From NCBI RefSeq assembly GCF_018977255.1, contig NW_024704755.1, positions 17,794,001 through 17,858,000 on the forward strand: 64,000 nucleotides of DNA, read 5' to 3'. Made by a program: the position numbers and the translations under genes. This DNA is from Callorhinchus milii (lineage: Eukaryota). Positions 11,345 to 22,780 of the stretch are shown here, piece by piece (position 1 is the stretch's first letter; every line of letters starts with the position of its first letter). Below the pieces are notes generated by a model. It was not told the DNA's origin, searched no databases, and saw nothing but the letters and a program-made list of their open reading frames with translations.

Positions 11345-14300
11345 GGCTGAGGTAAGCTACTATCGGAGCGACAAAAAAAAGAAAACGTTTTTCAACAGCA
11401 GAACCAGGGACAAACATCGACAAACAAGGAACTGTCAGAAACTACAACACTGACGGCAAATGAAAACAAAGAAACAAAAACAAAAAATATATATATTGAA
11501 AACACTGTGAGAAGATGATGGCAAGTGAAATGCAAGGACTGTGACATGTGGGAGTTAATCGGGTAACTTCATCTGCAGTGAGTGTCTGCAACTCTGGAAG
11601 CTCCAGCTGAGAGGAGCTGAGCTGGAACCGAGTACAGACACTGCGCTCCATCAGGGACAGTGAGAGGTTCCTGGACAGTGTGATGGAGGAAACCATCACT
11701 CCCCTGAGGCTCGGGAGATGCTTGCATCTGGTTAATGGTCAAGGACAGGATGGTTTCATCAGACCTGCAGATAATGGGACCCCTGAGAGAGGGGTAATGG
11801 AGCCTTGGGCTTCAAACTTGTACAACGGATGTGAGGATTTGATGGACCAGACACCTCAGGAGGTGGTCACCCCACCCCACACACCGAGGGTTCAGACAGA
11901 AAATGACTGAGTGACTGTCCGGTATGGTAGGAACAGGGGCAGGCTGGGCAGAGTGCCCCCAATAGTGTAGCTCTCTCAAACCGGTACTCTGTACTGAATA
12001 TTGAGAGTGTTGATATCTCCAGGGAGGACAGTAAAAACCGAATGGTTGAATAGCGGGACATAGGTAATAGGAGCAATGTCATAGGGGATACAACAGTGAG
12101 AGGTATAGACAGACGTTTCTGTAACAGAAGACTGGAGTCAAGGATGGTATCCCTGGTGCAACAGTCTTAGACTGTTGTATCAAAATCTACCGCTCCACTC
12201 GAGCCTCGGCCAAGTCGTCCTTCTACTCCAGGATAATCCTGGAGGCGAAGAACAACCCCAGGCTACTGTTTTCCACCACAACCCGACTCCTCCGTCCCCC
12301 CGCCACCCCGCGCAGGTCATCTCCTCCAACCTTCACTGCGAGGAGATGCTGGATTTCCTTGAATCCAAGATCAAGGGAATCCGCTCCGCGGTCACTTCCC
12401 CTCCAACTTCCACCCACCACCCACCCCTTCCCTCCCACACTCCGACTCCTACCCATCCACCCCTACACACCTTCGTACCCGTTTCCCCACCCTCTGTCAC
12501 TGAACTCATCCTATCCCTGAAATCAACAACCTGCTCCCTTGACCCCATCCCCACTCCACTCCTTATCTCCCAGCTCCACTTTCTTGCCCCACATATCACT
12601 GACATCATCAACCTGTCCTTCTCCTCTGGCTCTGTCCCCATTCCTTTAAACACTGCCATCATCACGCCCACCCTGAAAAAATCCTCCCTTGATGCATCGC
12701 AGCTATCAAGCTACCGGCCCATCTCCAACCTCCCCTTTCTCTCCAAGGTCCTGGAAAGACTTGTCGCCTCCCAACTGCGCTCTTTCCTTTCCACCCATTC
12801 ACTTTTCGAACCCCTTCAGTCAGGTTTCCGTGCTGCCCATAGCACAGAAACTGCCCTGGTCAAGGTCACCAATGATATCCTGACCATCTGTGACCAGGGC
12901 TCCCTCTGCCTCCTCGTCCTCCTCGACCTATCGGCAGCATTCGATACGGTCGACCAGGCTATCCTACTCCACCGCTTGTCCTCCCACCTCAACCTTCAAG
13001 GCACTGTCCTTGAGTGGTTTAGGTCGTACCTTTCTCACCGTCTTCACTTTGTCTCGACGAATGGCTTCTCCTCCACCCCCCGCACTGTCTCATGTGGTGT
13101 CCCTCAGGGCTCTGTCCTCGGTCCCCTCCTCTTCACCCTCTATATGCTCCCCCCTTGGTGACATCATCCGCAGACATGGAGTTAACTTCCACATGTATGC
13201 GGATGACACCCAACTCTACCTTTCCTCCTCTACCCTCAACTCCACGACCACCGATGTCCTGACAGCTGTCTGTCCGACATCGAGTCCTGGACGAGAGACA
13301 ACTTTCTTCAGCTCAACGTGCGAAAAACCGAGGCCCTCCTGATTGGCTCACGTCAGCGCCTCCGCACCTCAGGCGCTGACACCATCAGCTCCGCACTCTC
13401 CACCTCTCAAAGCCATCAGGAACCTCGGGGTTTTGTTCGACCCTGAGCTGTCCTTTCTCCCTCACATCCGCACCACAACTGGCACCGCCTTCCATCACCT
13501 CCGGAACATCACCAGACTATGGCACTACCTCACCCCTCACGCGGCTGAAACCCTGGTTCACACCTTTGTCACCTCAAGGCTGGACTATGGGAACTCTCTC
13601 CTCGCCGGCCTTCCCGGCCCTCCCTCCACACTGCAGGTCATTCAGAACTCTGCAGCTCGTGTACTGTCCCGCACCAGGCTTCGGGACCACATCACTCCCA
13701 CCCTCGCTCGCCTCCACTGGCTCCCCATCCCCCAGAGGATTGATTTCAAGATCCTCATCCTCACCTACAAGGCCATTCACGGCCTCGCTCCCTCCTACCT
13801 CTCCAATCTACTATCCCCCTACCTACCTGCCCGTACCCTCCGTTCCTCTGGCTCCGGTCTGCTCCACGTCCCCCGCCCCAACCGCCCTACCATCGGTGGT
13901 CGGGCCTTCAGCCTCTCAGCCCCCAGGCTCTGGAACTCCATCCCCCAGTGCCTTCGCCTTGCTTCCTCCCTTTCCTCCTTCAAGGCCGGTCTCAAAACCT
14001 TTCTCTTTGACTGTGCCTTCAGCTCCCCTCTCGACTCTCTTCCCCCTCCTCGCTCCCTCCCTTCCCTCCCCTCACCCTGACCATTTCCCCGCTCCTCGCT
14101 CCCTCCCTTCCCTCCCCTCACCCTGACCATTTCCCCCCTCCTCGCTCCCTCCCTTCCCTCCCCTCACCCTGACCATTTCCCCCCTGCTCGGGTCATGACC
14201 CAACTGTGCAGCGCCTTGGAACGTCCTCCTGACGTGAAAGGCGCTTTATAAATGGAATCTTGTTGTTGTTGTTGTTGTTAGACATCACGGAACGGGTGGA

Positions 14301-17300
14301 TAAAATTCTTCAGGGGGAAGGGGAACATCCAGAAGTGGTGTTCCAGGTTGGGATCCATGATATTGGTAAAAAAAAGGGCTGAGATCCAAAATATCAAAAG
14401 CTGGGGAACAAACTAAAGAATAGAACATCCAAGGTGGTGATCTCTGGATTACTCCCTGTGCCTCGGGCAAATAACTACCATAATGGCAGGATCAAGCATA
14501 TGAATGCTTGGCTGGAGTAATGGTGCAGAAAAGAGGGCTTCAGATTTCTGGATCATTGGGACCAGTTCTGGGGCAGGTGGGACTTGTACCATATGGATGG
14601 GTTGCACCTAAACAGCGCTGGGGCGAATGTACTTGCAGACAGGATAACTAATGCTGTTGGAGAGGGTTTAAACTAGTTTTGAGGGGGGAAGGGAATGCAA
14701 AAAATGAAGAGCTAGAAAATAGAGAAATAAAATGGGGGAAGTGCAGAACAGGTCAAGTCGGTCTTGGAGTGCATGTGCCTAAATGCACGGAGTTTAGCAA
14801 ACAAGATTGGTGAGCTGCAGCTCAAGTGGTCACGGGGATACGATGTAGTAGCAGTAACAGAGACTTGGCTCAAACAAGGACAGGAATGGGAGCTGAATAT
14901 TCCTGGGGACAATGTATTCAGGAGGGATAGGGAAAGAAAAAAAGGAGGGGCTGTGGCAATGTTAATCAAGGATACGGTTATAGCCGTGGAAAGGGTCGAG
15001 GTGCTGGAGGGCCCCAAAACGGAATCTATCTGGTTAGAGTTAAGGAACAAAAAAGGAGCTGTTACGCTGGTCGGGGTAAACTATAGACCACCAAATAGTG
15101 GGAAGGAAATACATGAGTAGATCTGCAAGCAGATCACAGGTAGACACAAGGCCAATAGAGTCATGATAATGGGGGACTTTAATTATCCCAACATAGACTG
15201 GCAAAACAACAGCGCAAAGGGCAAGGAGGGGAAAGATTCCTAAAATGCCTACAGGACAACTTTCTTGATCAGTACGTTTCCAGCCCAACGAGGAAGGAAG
15301 CAGTGCTAGATCTAGTTCTGGGGAATGAAGTAGGGCAAGTGGAGCAGGTTTCAGTGGGAGAACATCTGGGCAATAGTGATCACAACATCATTAGATTCAG
15401 AGTGCATATGGAAAGGACAAGGAACCATCTAAGGTGAAGATACTCAACTGGAAGAGGGCAAATTTCAGTGAGTTAAAAAAGGACCTAGCCAAAGTGGACT
15501 GGAAAGAAAGATTGGCAGGTAAAACAACTAAAGAGCAGTGGGAAGTCTTCAAGGATGAGATAGCTCGGGGACAGAATAAATACATTCCCACAAAAGGGAA
15601 AAGTAGGGCTTCCAAACCTCCCTGGATGACGAAGGTAATTGTATCTAGAATGAAGCAGAAAAAGGAGGCGTATGACAAATGTCAAACCCAAGATACAGAA
15701 GACAACCAAATAGAATATAGGAAGTGCAGAAGAGGTTTGAAAAAGGAAATAAGAGGCGGCAAAAGATTATATGAAAAAAGGTTAGCGGGTAACATTGAAG
15801 GGAATTCTAAAATATTTTACAAACACATCAAGAAAAAAAGGTTAGTCAAAGGTAGGGTGGGGCTGATTAAGGACCAAGGGGGCAATCTTATTGTGGAGGC
15901 AGAGGCCATGGCTGATGTGCTGACTGAGGACTTTGCATCTGTCTTCACAAAAGAAGTGGATGCACCAAATGCCGCAGTATCGGAGGAGAGGGCAGAGGAA
16001 ATGGATAGGATAAGTATAAACAGAGAGGAAGTACTGAAAAGGTTGACTGGGCTGAAGGTGATAAGTCGCCCGGTCCGGACGGGATGCAGCCAAGGTTACC
16101 ATGGGAGGGACGGGTACAAATAGCGGAGGCTTTGGCCACAATTTTTCAATCTTCGTTGGACACAGGAGTGGTGCCCGAGGACTGGAGAGTGGCCAATGTG
16201 ACTCCCTATACAAAAAGGGGCAGAAGGACAAACCTGGGAACTCCAGGCCAGTCAGCCAAACATCAGGAGTGGGGAAACTCCTGGAGACTATAATCCGGGA
16301 CAGAATAAATCTTCACTTAGAAGAATATGGGTTAATTAGGGACAGCCGCACCGATTTGTTAAAGGCAGATCTTGTCTAACAAATGTCTAACGAATTTTTC
16401 GATGAGGTAACGGAGAGGGTGGATAAAGGTAGTCCAGTTGATGTAGTTTATATGGACTTTCAAAAGGCATTTGACAAAGTGCCACATGAAAGACTTGTAA
16501 GAAAGATAGAAGCCCATGGTATAAAAGGGACAGTGGCAGCGGATCCAGAACGGGCCGGGAGACAAGTAGGGTGGGACCGATTAAGGACCAAGAGGGAAAT
16601 CTTACTATGGAGGCAGAGGCCATGGCTGATGTGCTGAATAAGGACTTTGCATCTGTCTTCACAAAAGAAGTGGATGCACCAAATGCCGCAGTATCGGAGG
16701 AGAGGGCAGAGGAAATGGATAGAGTTGTGGTGAACGGCTGCTTTACTGACTGGAGGGAAGTGTACAGTGGTGTCCCCCAGGGATCGGTATTTGGACCACT
16801 GCTCTTCTTAATATACACAAATGATCTGGACTTGGGTATAGCAAGTACCATTTCCAAGTTTGCGGACGACACAAAGTTAGGGAGGGGGTAAACAGTGAGA
16901 AGGAGAGGAGCCGACTGCAGGAGGACACAGACAGAATGATAAAATGGGCGACACATGGCAAATGAGTTTCAATGTGGAGAAAAGCGAAGTAATGCATTTT
17001 GGTAGAAAGAATGAGAGGCGGCAATATAGGCGGTAATACAACCTTAAGGAGAGTGAAGGAACAGAGAGACCTGGGGGATCAGGTAAATGAATCCTTGCAG
17101 GTGGTAGGACAGGGAGATAACGCTGTCAAAAGGGCATATGGAATACTAGGTTTTATAAATAGTGGCATAGAGTACAAGAGTCAGGAGGTGATGATTAACC
17201 GATATAAAACACTGGTTAGGCCTCAGTTAGAATACTGCGCCCAGTTCTGGGCACCGCACTATAGGAAGGATGTTAAGGCATTGGAAAGGGTACAGAGGAG

Positions 17301-17775
17301 ATTTACGAGGATGGTACCAGGAATGAGGGGCCGTGATGATGAGGAAAGGCTGGAGAGGTTAGGATTATTCTCATTGGAGCAGAGAAGGTGACGAGGACCT
17401 AATAGAGCTCTTCAAAATCATGAGGGGATTTGATAGGTTAGAAAGGGAAAAACTGTTCCCACTGGTGGGTGCGTCGGTGACTCGAGGTCACAGATTCCAA
17501 ATAGTCTCTAAAAGAAGCCGAGGGGAGGGGAGAAGAAATTTTTTCACGCAGCGAGTTGTTGGAATCTGGAACGCATTGTCTGAAAGGGCGGTCGAGGCCG
17601 ATTCGATAACTACTTTTAAAAACGCGGTGGACGGGTATTTGAGGAGGACGGGTTTGCAGGTTATGGGGAAAGGGCCGGGGAGTGGGATTGACATTACATT
17701 GCTCTATTCAAAGAGCCGCACAGACTCGATGGGCCGAATGGCCTCTTTTTGTGCTGTACGATTCTATGATTCTAT
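11345..17775 (+). mobile_element. Near full-length decayed CR1 LINE (ORF1 with CxxC and SGNH-esterase motifs; ORF2 endonuclease and RT) carrying a nested L2
   Basis: KCKDCDMWEL...FICSEC near 11530; KVVISGLLPVP...DGLHLN at ~14430-14620; CLNARSLANK...TETW...YRPP at 14764-15120; [13 protein letters not shown]; [10 protein letters not shown]...FADD (16859-16870); ttctatgattctat tail at ~17762-17775. Contains an internal duplication at ~16545-16720. Confidence 0.85.
12178..14280 (+). mobile_element. 5'-truncated young L2 LINE inserted into CR1 ORF1
   Basis: RT motifs [37 protein letters not shown] and YADD (13196-13207, after a frameshift). Ends in a (gtt)n tail at ~14260-14280. Confidence 0.92.
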
Positions 17776-17789
17776 GTCTGCAGATGACA

Positions 17790-18515
17790 TCACTGAGAGT
17801 GAGCATGTAGATGAGGAAACCAAGGTGGCCAAAGATGGCGCCTTGGGCTACCCTACAGGTGATTGGGCGGGGGCGGGAGGAAACACCATTTGCCAAGATG
17901 TATTGTTGGTGGTTTGTTAAATAGGACTCGAACCATGCAAGTGCGGTCCCACTAAGGTGAATCAGGGAGTAGAGGCAGTGGAGGAGGATGGCGTGACATG
18001 GTGGAGAAGGTCCAAGAGAACAAGGAAGCAGATGGAGCCCTGGTCGCAGAGAGAGTGGAAGTAATTTGTTATTTGATGAGCGCTGTCTCTGTGCTGTGAG
18101 CAGGGCGACTGGAAGGGTTCAAGTAGGCAGTGGAGGGCAAGGTGTGAAAGAAGTTGATTTGCAACCATGCATTTCAAAACTTTGGCCAGGAAGGGCAGGT
18201 GAGATAGGTCTGAAGTTTGTGAAGTTGGAGGCATCAAGGGTAGGTTCTTTTAGGAGAGGACTGATGACAGCAGTTTTGATGGGGAGTGGGACAGAGCCTG
18301 AGGAGAGGGACTGGTTGTTTGTTTCAACAGTGGGCAGAGGAGGGGGAGTTAAGTCAACAGAAGATGGGTGGGGAGGAAATCGAGGCAGCACGGGGGTAAA
18401 GGAACATAGGGTGGGGGCCGTGCTAGTAGCCGCGTTGGAGGAGAGGTTGATGAAGGATGCATGGAGGGTAGCCAAGGGAGGAGACAGCCAGGCGGATGTT
18501 GTATCACCTCTGAGG
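17790..18515 (-). mobile_element. Old L2 RT fragment (mirrored at ~57000-57725)
   Basis: SLSSGSVPLPIKTAVISPLLKEPTLDASNFTNFRPIS translation. Confidence 0.7.
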
Positions 18516-18790
18516 CAGAAGGTTGTGGATTCAAGAACACATTCTGTTGACCAAAAATAAGTTTCAAAACCTTATCCAAACATATACACTGTAGCATTGC
18601 AGAATTGGTTTATTACTTGTACATCAATGCAGTTTGTTAATTAATAATACAGTAGTAAAACTCGCAGGAGTCTGATCCGGATAAATCATATAATGGCCTA
18701 ACTTATACATCCACGAAGTCGCATTGAATTTCCTATTAAATCCACTTTAATTTATCTGTGCTAGTCATATTAACAATCATATTAACAAGT

Positions 18791-18794
<4 letters not shown>

Positions 18795-18821
<27 letters not shown>
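18795..18821. repeat. (TA)n microsatellite (mirror at 56694-56720)
   Basis: Direct reading. Confidence 0.95.
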
Positions 18822-19228
18822 GGAGTCCTGTAGCTCAGTGGTTAGAGCACTCACTTTGCAAGTGAGAGACCTAGGTTTGATTTCTAGCAGGGCGAAACCT
18901 TGGGCAAGTTTCCTAACTCCACACACCTGATAATAAACCCTCAAAAAAACATAATAATTTGGTCATTTCAATCCACGACTGTTTGTGGGACACTGCTGTG
19001 CGCAATTGGCTGCCGCAGTTTGCCGACAAATATACAGTCAATTCACTTTACTTTGTAAACCATGCCATCGGCCAACCCCCTTCCCCTCCGCTCCCTTACC
19101 CCCCCATTTCAGCTCGGGTCTGAAATCTTGTTGTTGCTGTTGTTTACAGTCTATTCTGTGAAGCGCTTGGAGATGTCTAGAAGATGTGAAAAGCGCTATA
19201 TCAAATACAAGGATTATTATTATTATTA
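18821..19228 (+). mobile_element. SINE split by a short L2 3' fragment (mirror at ~56287-56694)
   Basis: SINE head and core to ~19050, an L2 3'-UTR-like piece to ~19145, then the SINE tail. Confidence 0.7.
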
Positions 19229-19647
19229 ATCGCACAACTCGTAACGCCTCTGCCACACTTGTTAATCCAGAATTTACCGGCTGCCAGGTCAAAACTTTGT
19301 TTCTCACATCTACCGCCCATGGAACACCACACATACGCGCCCCCTCCCCACTGCGTCCCGCGTCCCGGCTCTGGGCGCAGAATATCAATGTACAGCAGAC
19401 GAGGTTTTCAGCAGTCATGGCCTCAAGCAATGCCATCGTATATCGTTTTATGATTAAAAATCCCAACAAAGCAATCAAGGACTATTACATAATAATATAA
19501 TAATAATCGTGACATTTGATACTGTCTTATGTAAACTATATGATATATTTATTAAAAAAATTTCACCGAAGGAAAACTCTTACCTCAGGGTAGTTAATGG
19601 TAGGTTTGTAATTCTCCACTGAGACACACAAATACACACAGAGGAAA

Positions 19648-19868
19648 TGATAATAATAATAATAATAATCCTTGCATTTGATATAGCGCTTTTCGCCTCG
19701 GGAGGACGTCCCAAAGCGCTTTACAGAACACACTGTAAATTTAAAGTGGGTTGACTGTATATGTGTGGGCGAACGCGGCGGCCGATTGCGCACAGCAATG
19801 TCCCACAAACAGTCGCAGATTGAAAATGACCAATTTATTATTGTTTTTGGTTTTGGAGGGATTATTAT
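19648..19868 (-). mobile_element. 5'-truncated SINE (mirror at 55647-55867)
   Basis: Core and tail of the family in reverse orientation. Confidence 0.8.
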
Positions 19869-22099
19869 GGGCGCCACATGTACACCAAGGCGAGCACCGA
19901 GCACAGGCGTGTAACATTGTTTAGTCACAACTCGATAAGAGATTTCTGTTTAAACTTCTTGTTTGAGTAAACTTTGGAACTCGCTGTCATCTTATGCTTC
20001 AAATGAAAATATTAGTATATATTTTTGCTCCATAGTATCAAAAACATTTGCTTTGAATCCTTGTATTTAACTTGGTATTTAAATTGGTTTTGCTTTGCAT
20101 ATTGTCCCCGTAGGTGACGCTGTGGAAACTCACCCTGTTATTTAGACTGCGATTTGTATTTATATTCAGATCAGTTTACTTGCACATTGGTCTTTTGGAA
20201 ACTGTCATGAGCTCTCTGTTTGCCTAATGCAGCTGCCAATCACTATGTTGTCCCCTTTAACTGGTATCAGATCAGATATTCTTCACCTGAAGTTGTGAAG
20301 ATGTTCAGGCAAAATGAGAAACCCAGCAATTTCGTACCATTCAATATATTTAAAGACAATCGCAACTGCACGTTGACACCGCACTGCACATTGCCAATGC
20401 ACAGAAAGTGACCACAGATGCGTAATCTTTGAATCTCACTAAATCTCTGAACCCGCGACTGTGGGGTTTGCAAACCAACCACCGGCGCAGCACTGTGGGG
20501 AATGGGTTCAATTTACAAACTAGATTTTCGAAAAATACTGCGGGGAAGTCATTTGCCCCAAATCTCACACATTTACACGATAGCAGAACAATTTAATTCC
20601 CATTTGGCACCAGGAAATCTGGTTATACTTTCCCAGCAGCGGCCTGAAGATTATTTATGTCCGAATCAGTAGGAACCTCGGGAGCACAGGGGGAGCTGCG
20701 GGTGGCAATGAGCACAGCTCAGTCACACTCAATATGTGAGGCGCAGTGCGAGGAGCCCCGACCCTGAGAGGGTACCTGGTGGGCAAACAGCGCGGGGGGT
20801 GGGGGCACTGACAGGGAATACAGCAGTGCAGGGAATCGTTCAGTAACACGATGTGTATGTGCCCCGAGTGCCGCTGTGGCAATTTAACCCAAACACTCCC
20901 AATAGATCGAGAGGAAAATAGTCTCAAAGAAATAAACGAGAGGGGTTTGTGGGAGAGGGTTGAGAATGAGACTTCAGAAGCTTTTGGTTTCCTGAGTCCA
21001 GTTACCAACTCAGCACTCAAACACAGTCCCAGTTTCTGAGCTAACACACAACACGGGACATATGTGACATTTATAATGTCAGAGTTTACTATCAACATCA
21101 TCCTCACATGAACTCCACAACTAACAGAGCAGTATAGCGAGTGGGTCCATCCACACAGCAGCACACCAGGCGCTCCTCAGCCACACAGTTGGGAAGTGTG
21201 AGCTCCTATTGCCCATCGCTGCTGAGTTGGCTGTTTCTGGTCGGGATTTGGGGGGAGAAGAAAATGAGCCTCAGTTCCCGCTCTGGTCAGGTTTGAAATG
21301 TTTGAAATGTGCTTTCCACTTGGGAGAAAGTCTCCGAGGCGTCAGAGTGTGTTTGCTGTTTGTGGAGTGAGGGCGCGCTGTGGGCGAGGTGAAGGCAGAT
21401 CAATGTGGCAGCACATGGCTCCTGGTCACACACCAGCCATTGGCCTTGGGCCGGCGGCCAAGGCTTGGGAACCCTCCCGTCAATGGGGAACACGTTGTCT
21501 TCGCTCTAATTCATGTGAGTCTTTCCAACAATGTCAATGTGCAGCACACGAGGCGCCGTTACACACTGTCACAGCACAGCTTGAGATACCCATAGCCCAC
21601 TCCACACTGTAGCTGTGTTTGTGGCTGTAGCGGACGGTACCAGCGCTCAGTGTGGTGTGAGCTCTTACAGTAAGTGCTCCCATCAGTTCAGAAGAGTTAG
21701 ATTAGCGACTGACCACAGACATTGTGGTTGGATTTTCGAAGATTGAATAGGCACAACGAAAGTGCAAATTGACACCAACAGTTAGTCCAAAGATTCGGCA
21801 GGATTTCTCCCTATTTCAGGAAGCCTCATCTCTGCCTCTGTCTCTGAGCTGTCCATTCCCCAATTTTTATCCTGGGCACATCCAACAGGCCTGATCTGTC
21901 CCCACTGCAGCTCCCTGTCCTGTCCAGCCGGGCAGGTCCTTCCCACATCTCACTTCTCCGTATCTGCTGAAAGATAACCTCAGCAAATCATATCTTCTCA
22001 CACGGACATGTAATAAGACCACCATCGGTTATGGAATCATAGAATTATACAGCACAGAAGGATGCCATCCTCTTCTGATCATCCTCTCTGTGTAAAGGT

Positions 22100-22620
22100 C
22101 TATCCCATGTGCTGTTATACACAACTCTGCAGCTAGTATCCTCTCCCACACTGAGCTCCGTGACCCCATCATTCCCCATTCTCGCCCGGCTCCACTGGCT
22201 CCCCGTTCCCCAGAGGGTAGCGTTTAAGATTCTCATCCTCACCTCTAAAGCCTTCCACGGTCTTTCTCCTTCCAACCTCTGTGACCTACTAAACATTACT
22301 GACCTGTCTGCTCCCTCCGCTCGGTGGTCTCTGACCGGACCACCCCATCATCAGTGGTCAGGCCTTGAGACATTCTGCCCCTGCACTTTAACCCACCCAC
22401 CCTCTCCCTCCCTCCCTTACCTCCTTCAAAGTCCGTCTCAAGAGCTTCCTCTTCGACAGCACCTTCAGTCATCTTTCCACCCCCTTGCCCTCCACCGCAC
22501 TTGACTTCAACCCCCAGCTTGGACTGTCCAACGCTGTGGGACATCCTCGCAATGTGAAAGGCGCTGTATAACCGCAATGTGTTGTTGCGCTCTCATATGA
22601 AAGTAAGTTGTTGTTGTTGA
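22100..22620 (+). mobile_element. L2 3' fragment (mirror at ~52895-53415)
   Basis: LARLHWLPVPQRVAFKILILT translation and an L2-type tail. Confidence 0.75.
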
Positions 22621-22725
22621 AACTCAAGTGTCGGCACGTGATGCTGAACGTCATTGTCCGTTTCCAATTGCTCTGGTGCTAACTCCAATCCCTAATCTGC
22701 CCCCAGGTCCCTGACACAGCTCCCC

Positions 22726-22780
22726 ATGGCTGCCACATGTGTCCCTCACTGCCTGTTGCTGCTGGGGGCTATTCACACAG
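22726..22780 (+). CDS. Gene A exon: signal peptide [18 protein letters not shown]
   Basis: ccccATGg start, hydrophobic core, phase-1 donor ag|gtaatc. Confidence 0.8.

Noticed and set aside
20655-21164. 169 aa minus-strand ORF upstream of gene A (mirror 54351-54860)
   Set aside because: No Ig or other domain signature in any frame and no consistent splice structure.
22680-22725. Acceptor-like ccccag at 22706, suggesting an upstream 5' UTR exon and a promoter near 21180-21300
   Set aside because: I could not place a convincing donor or start site; the ETS and RUNX-like words there are too short to support a call.
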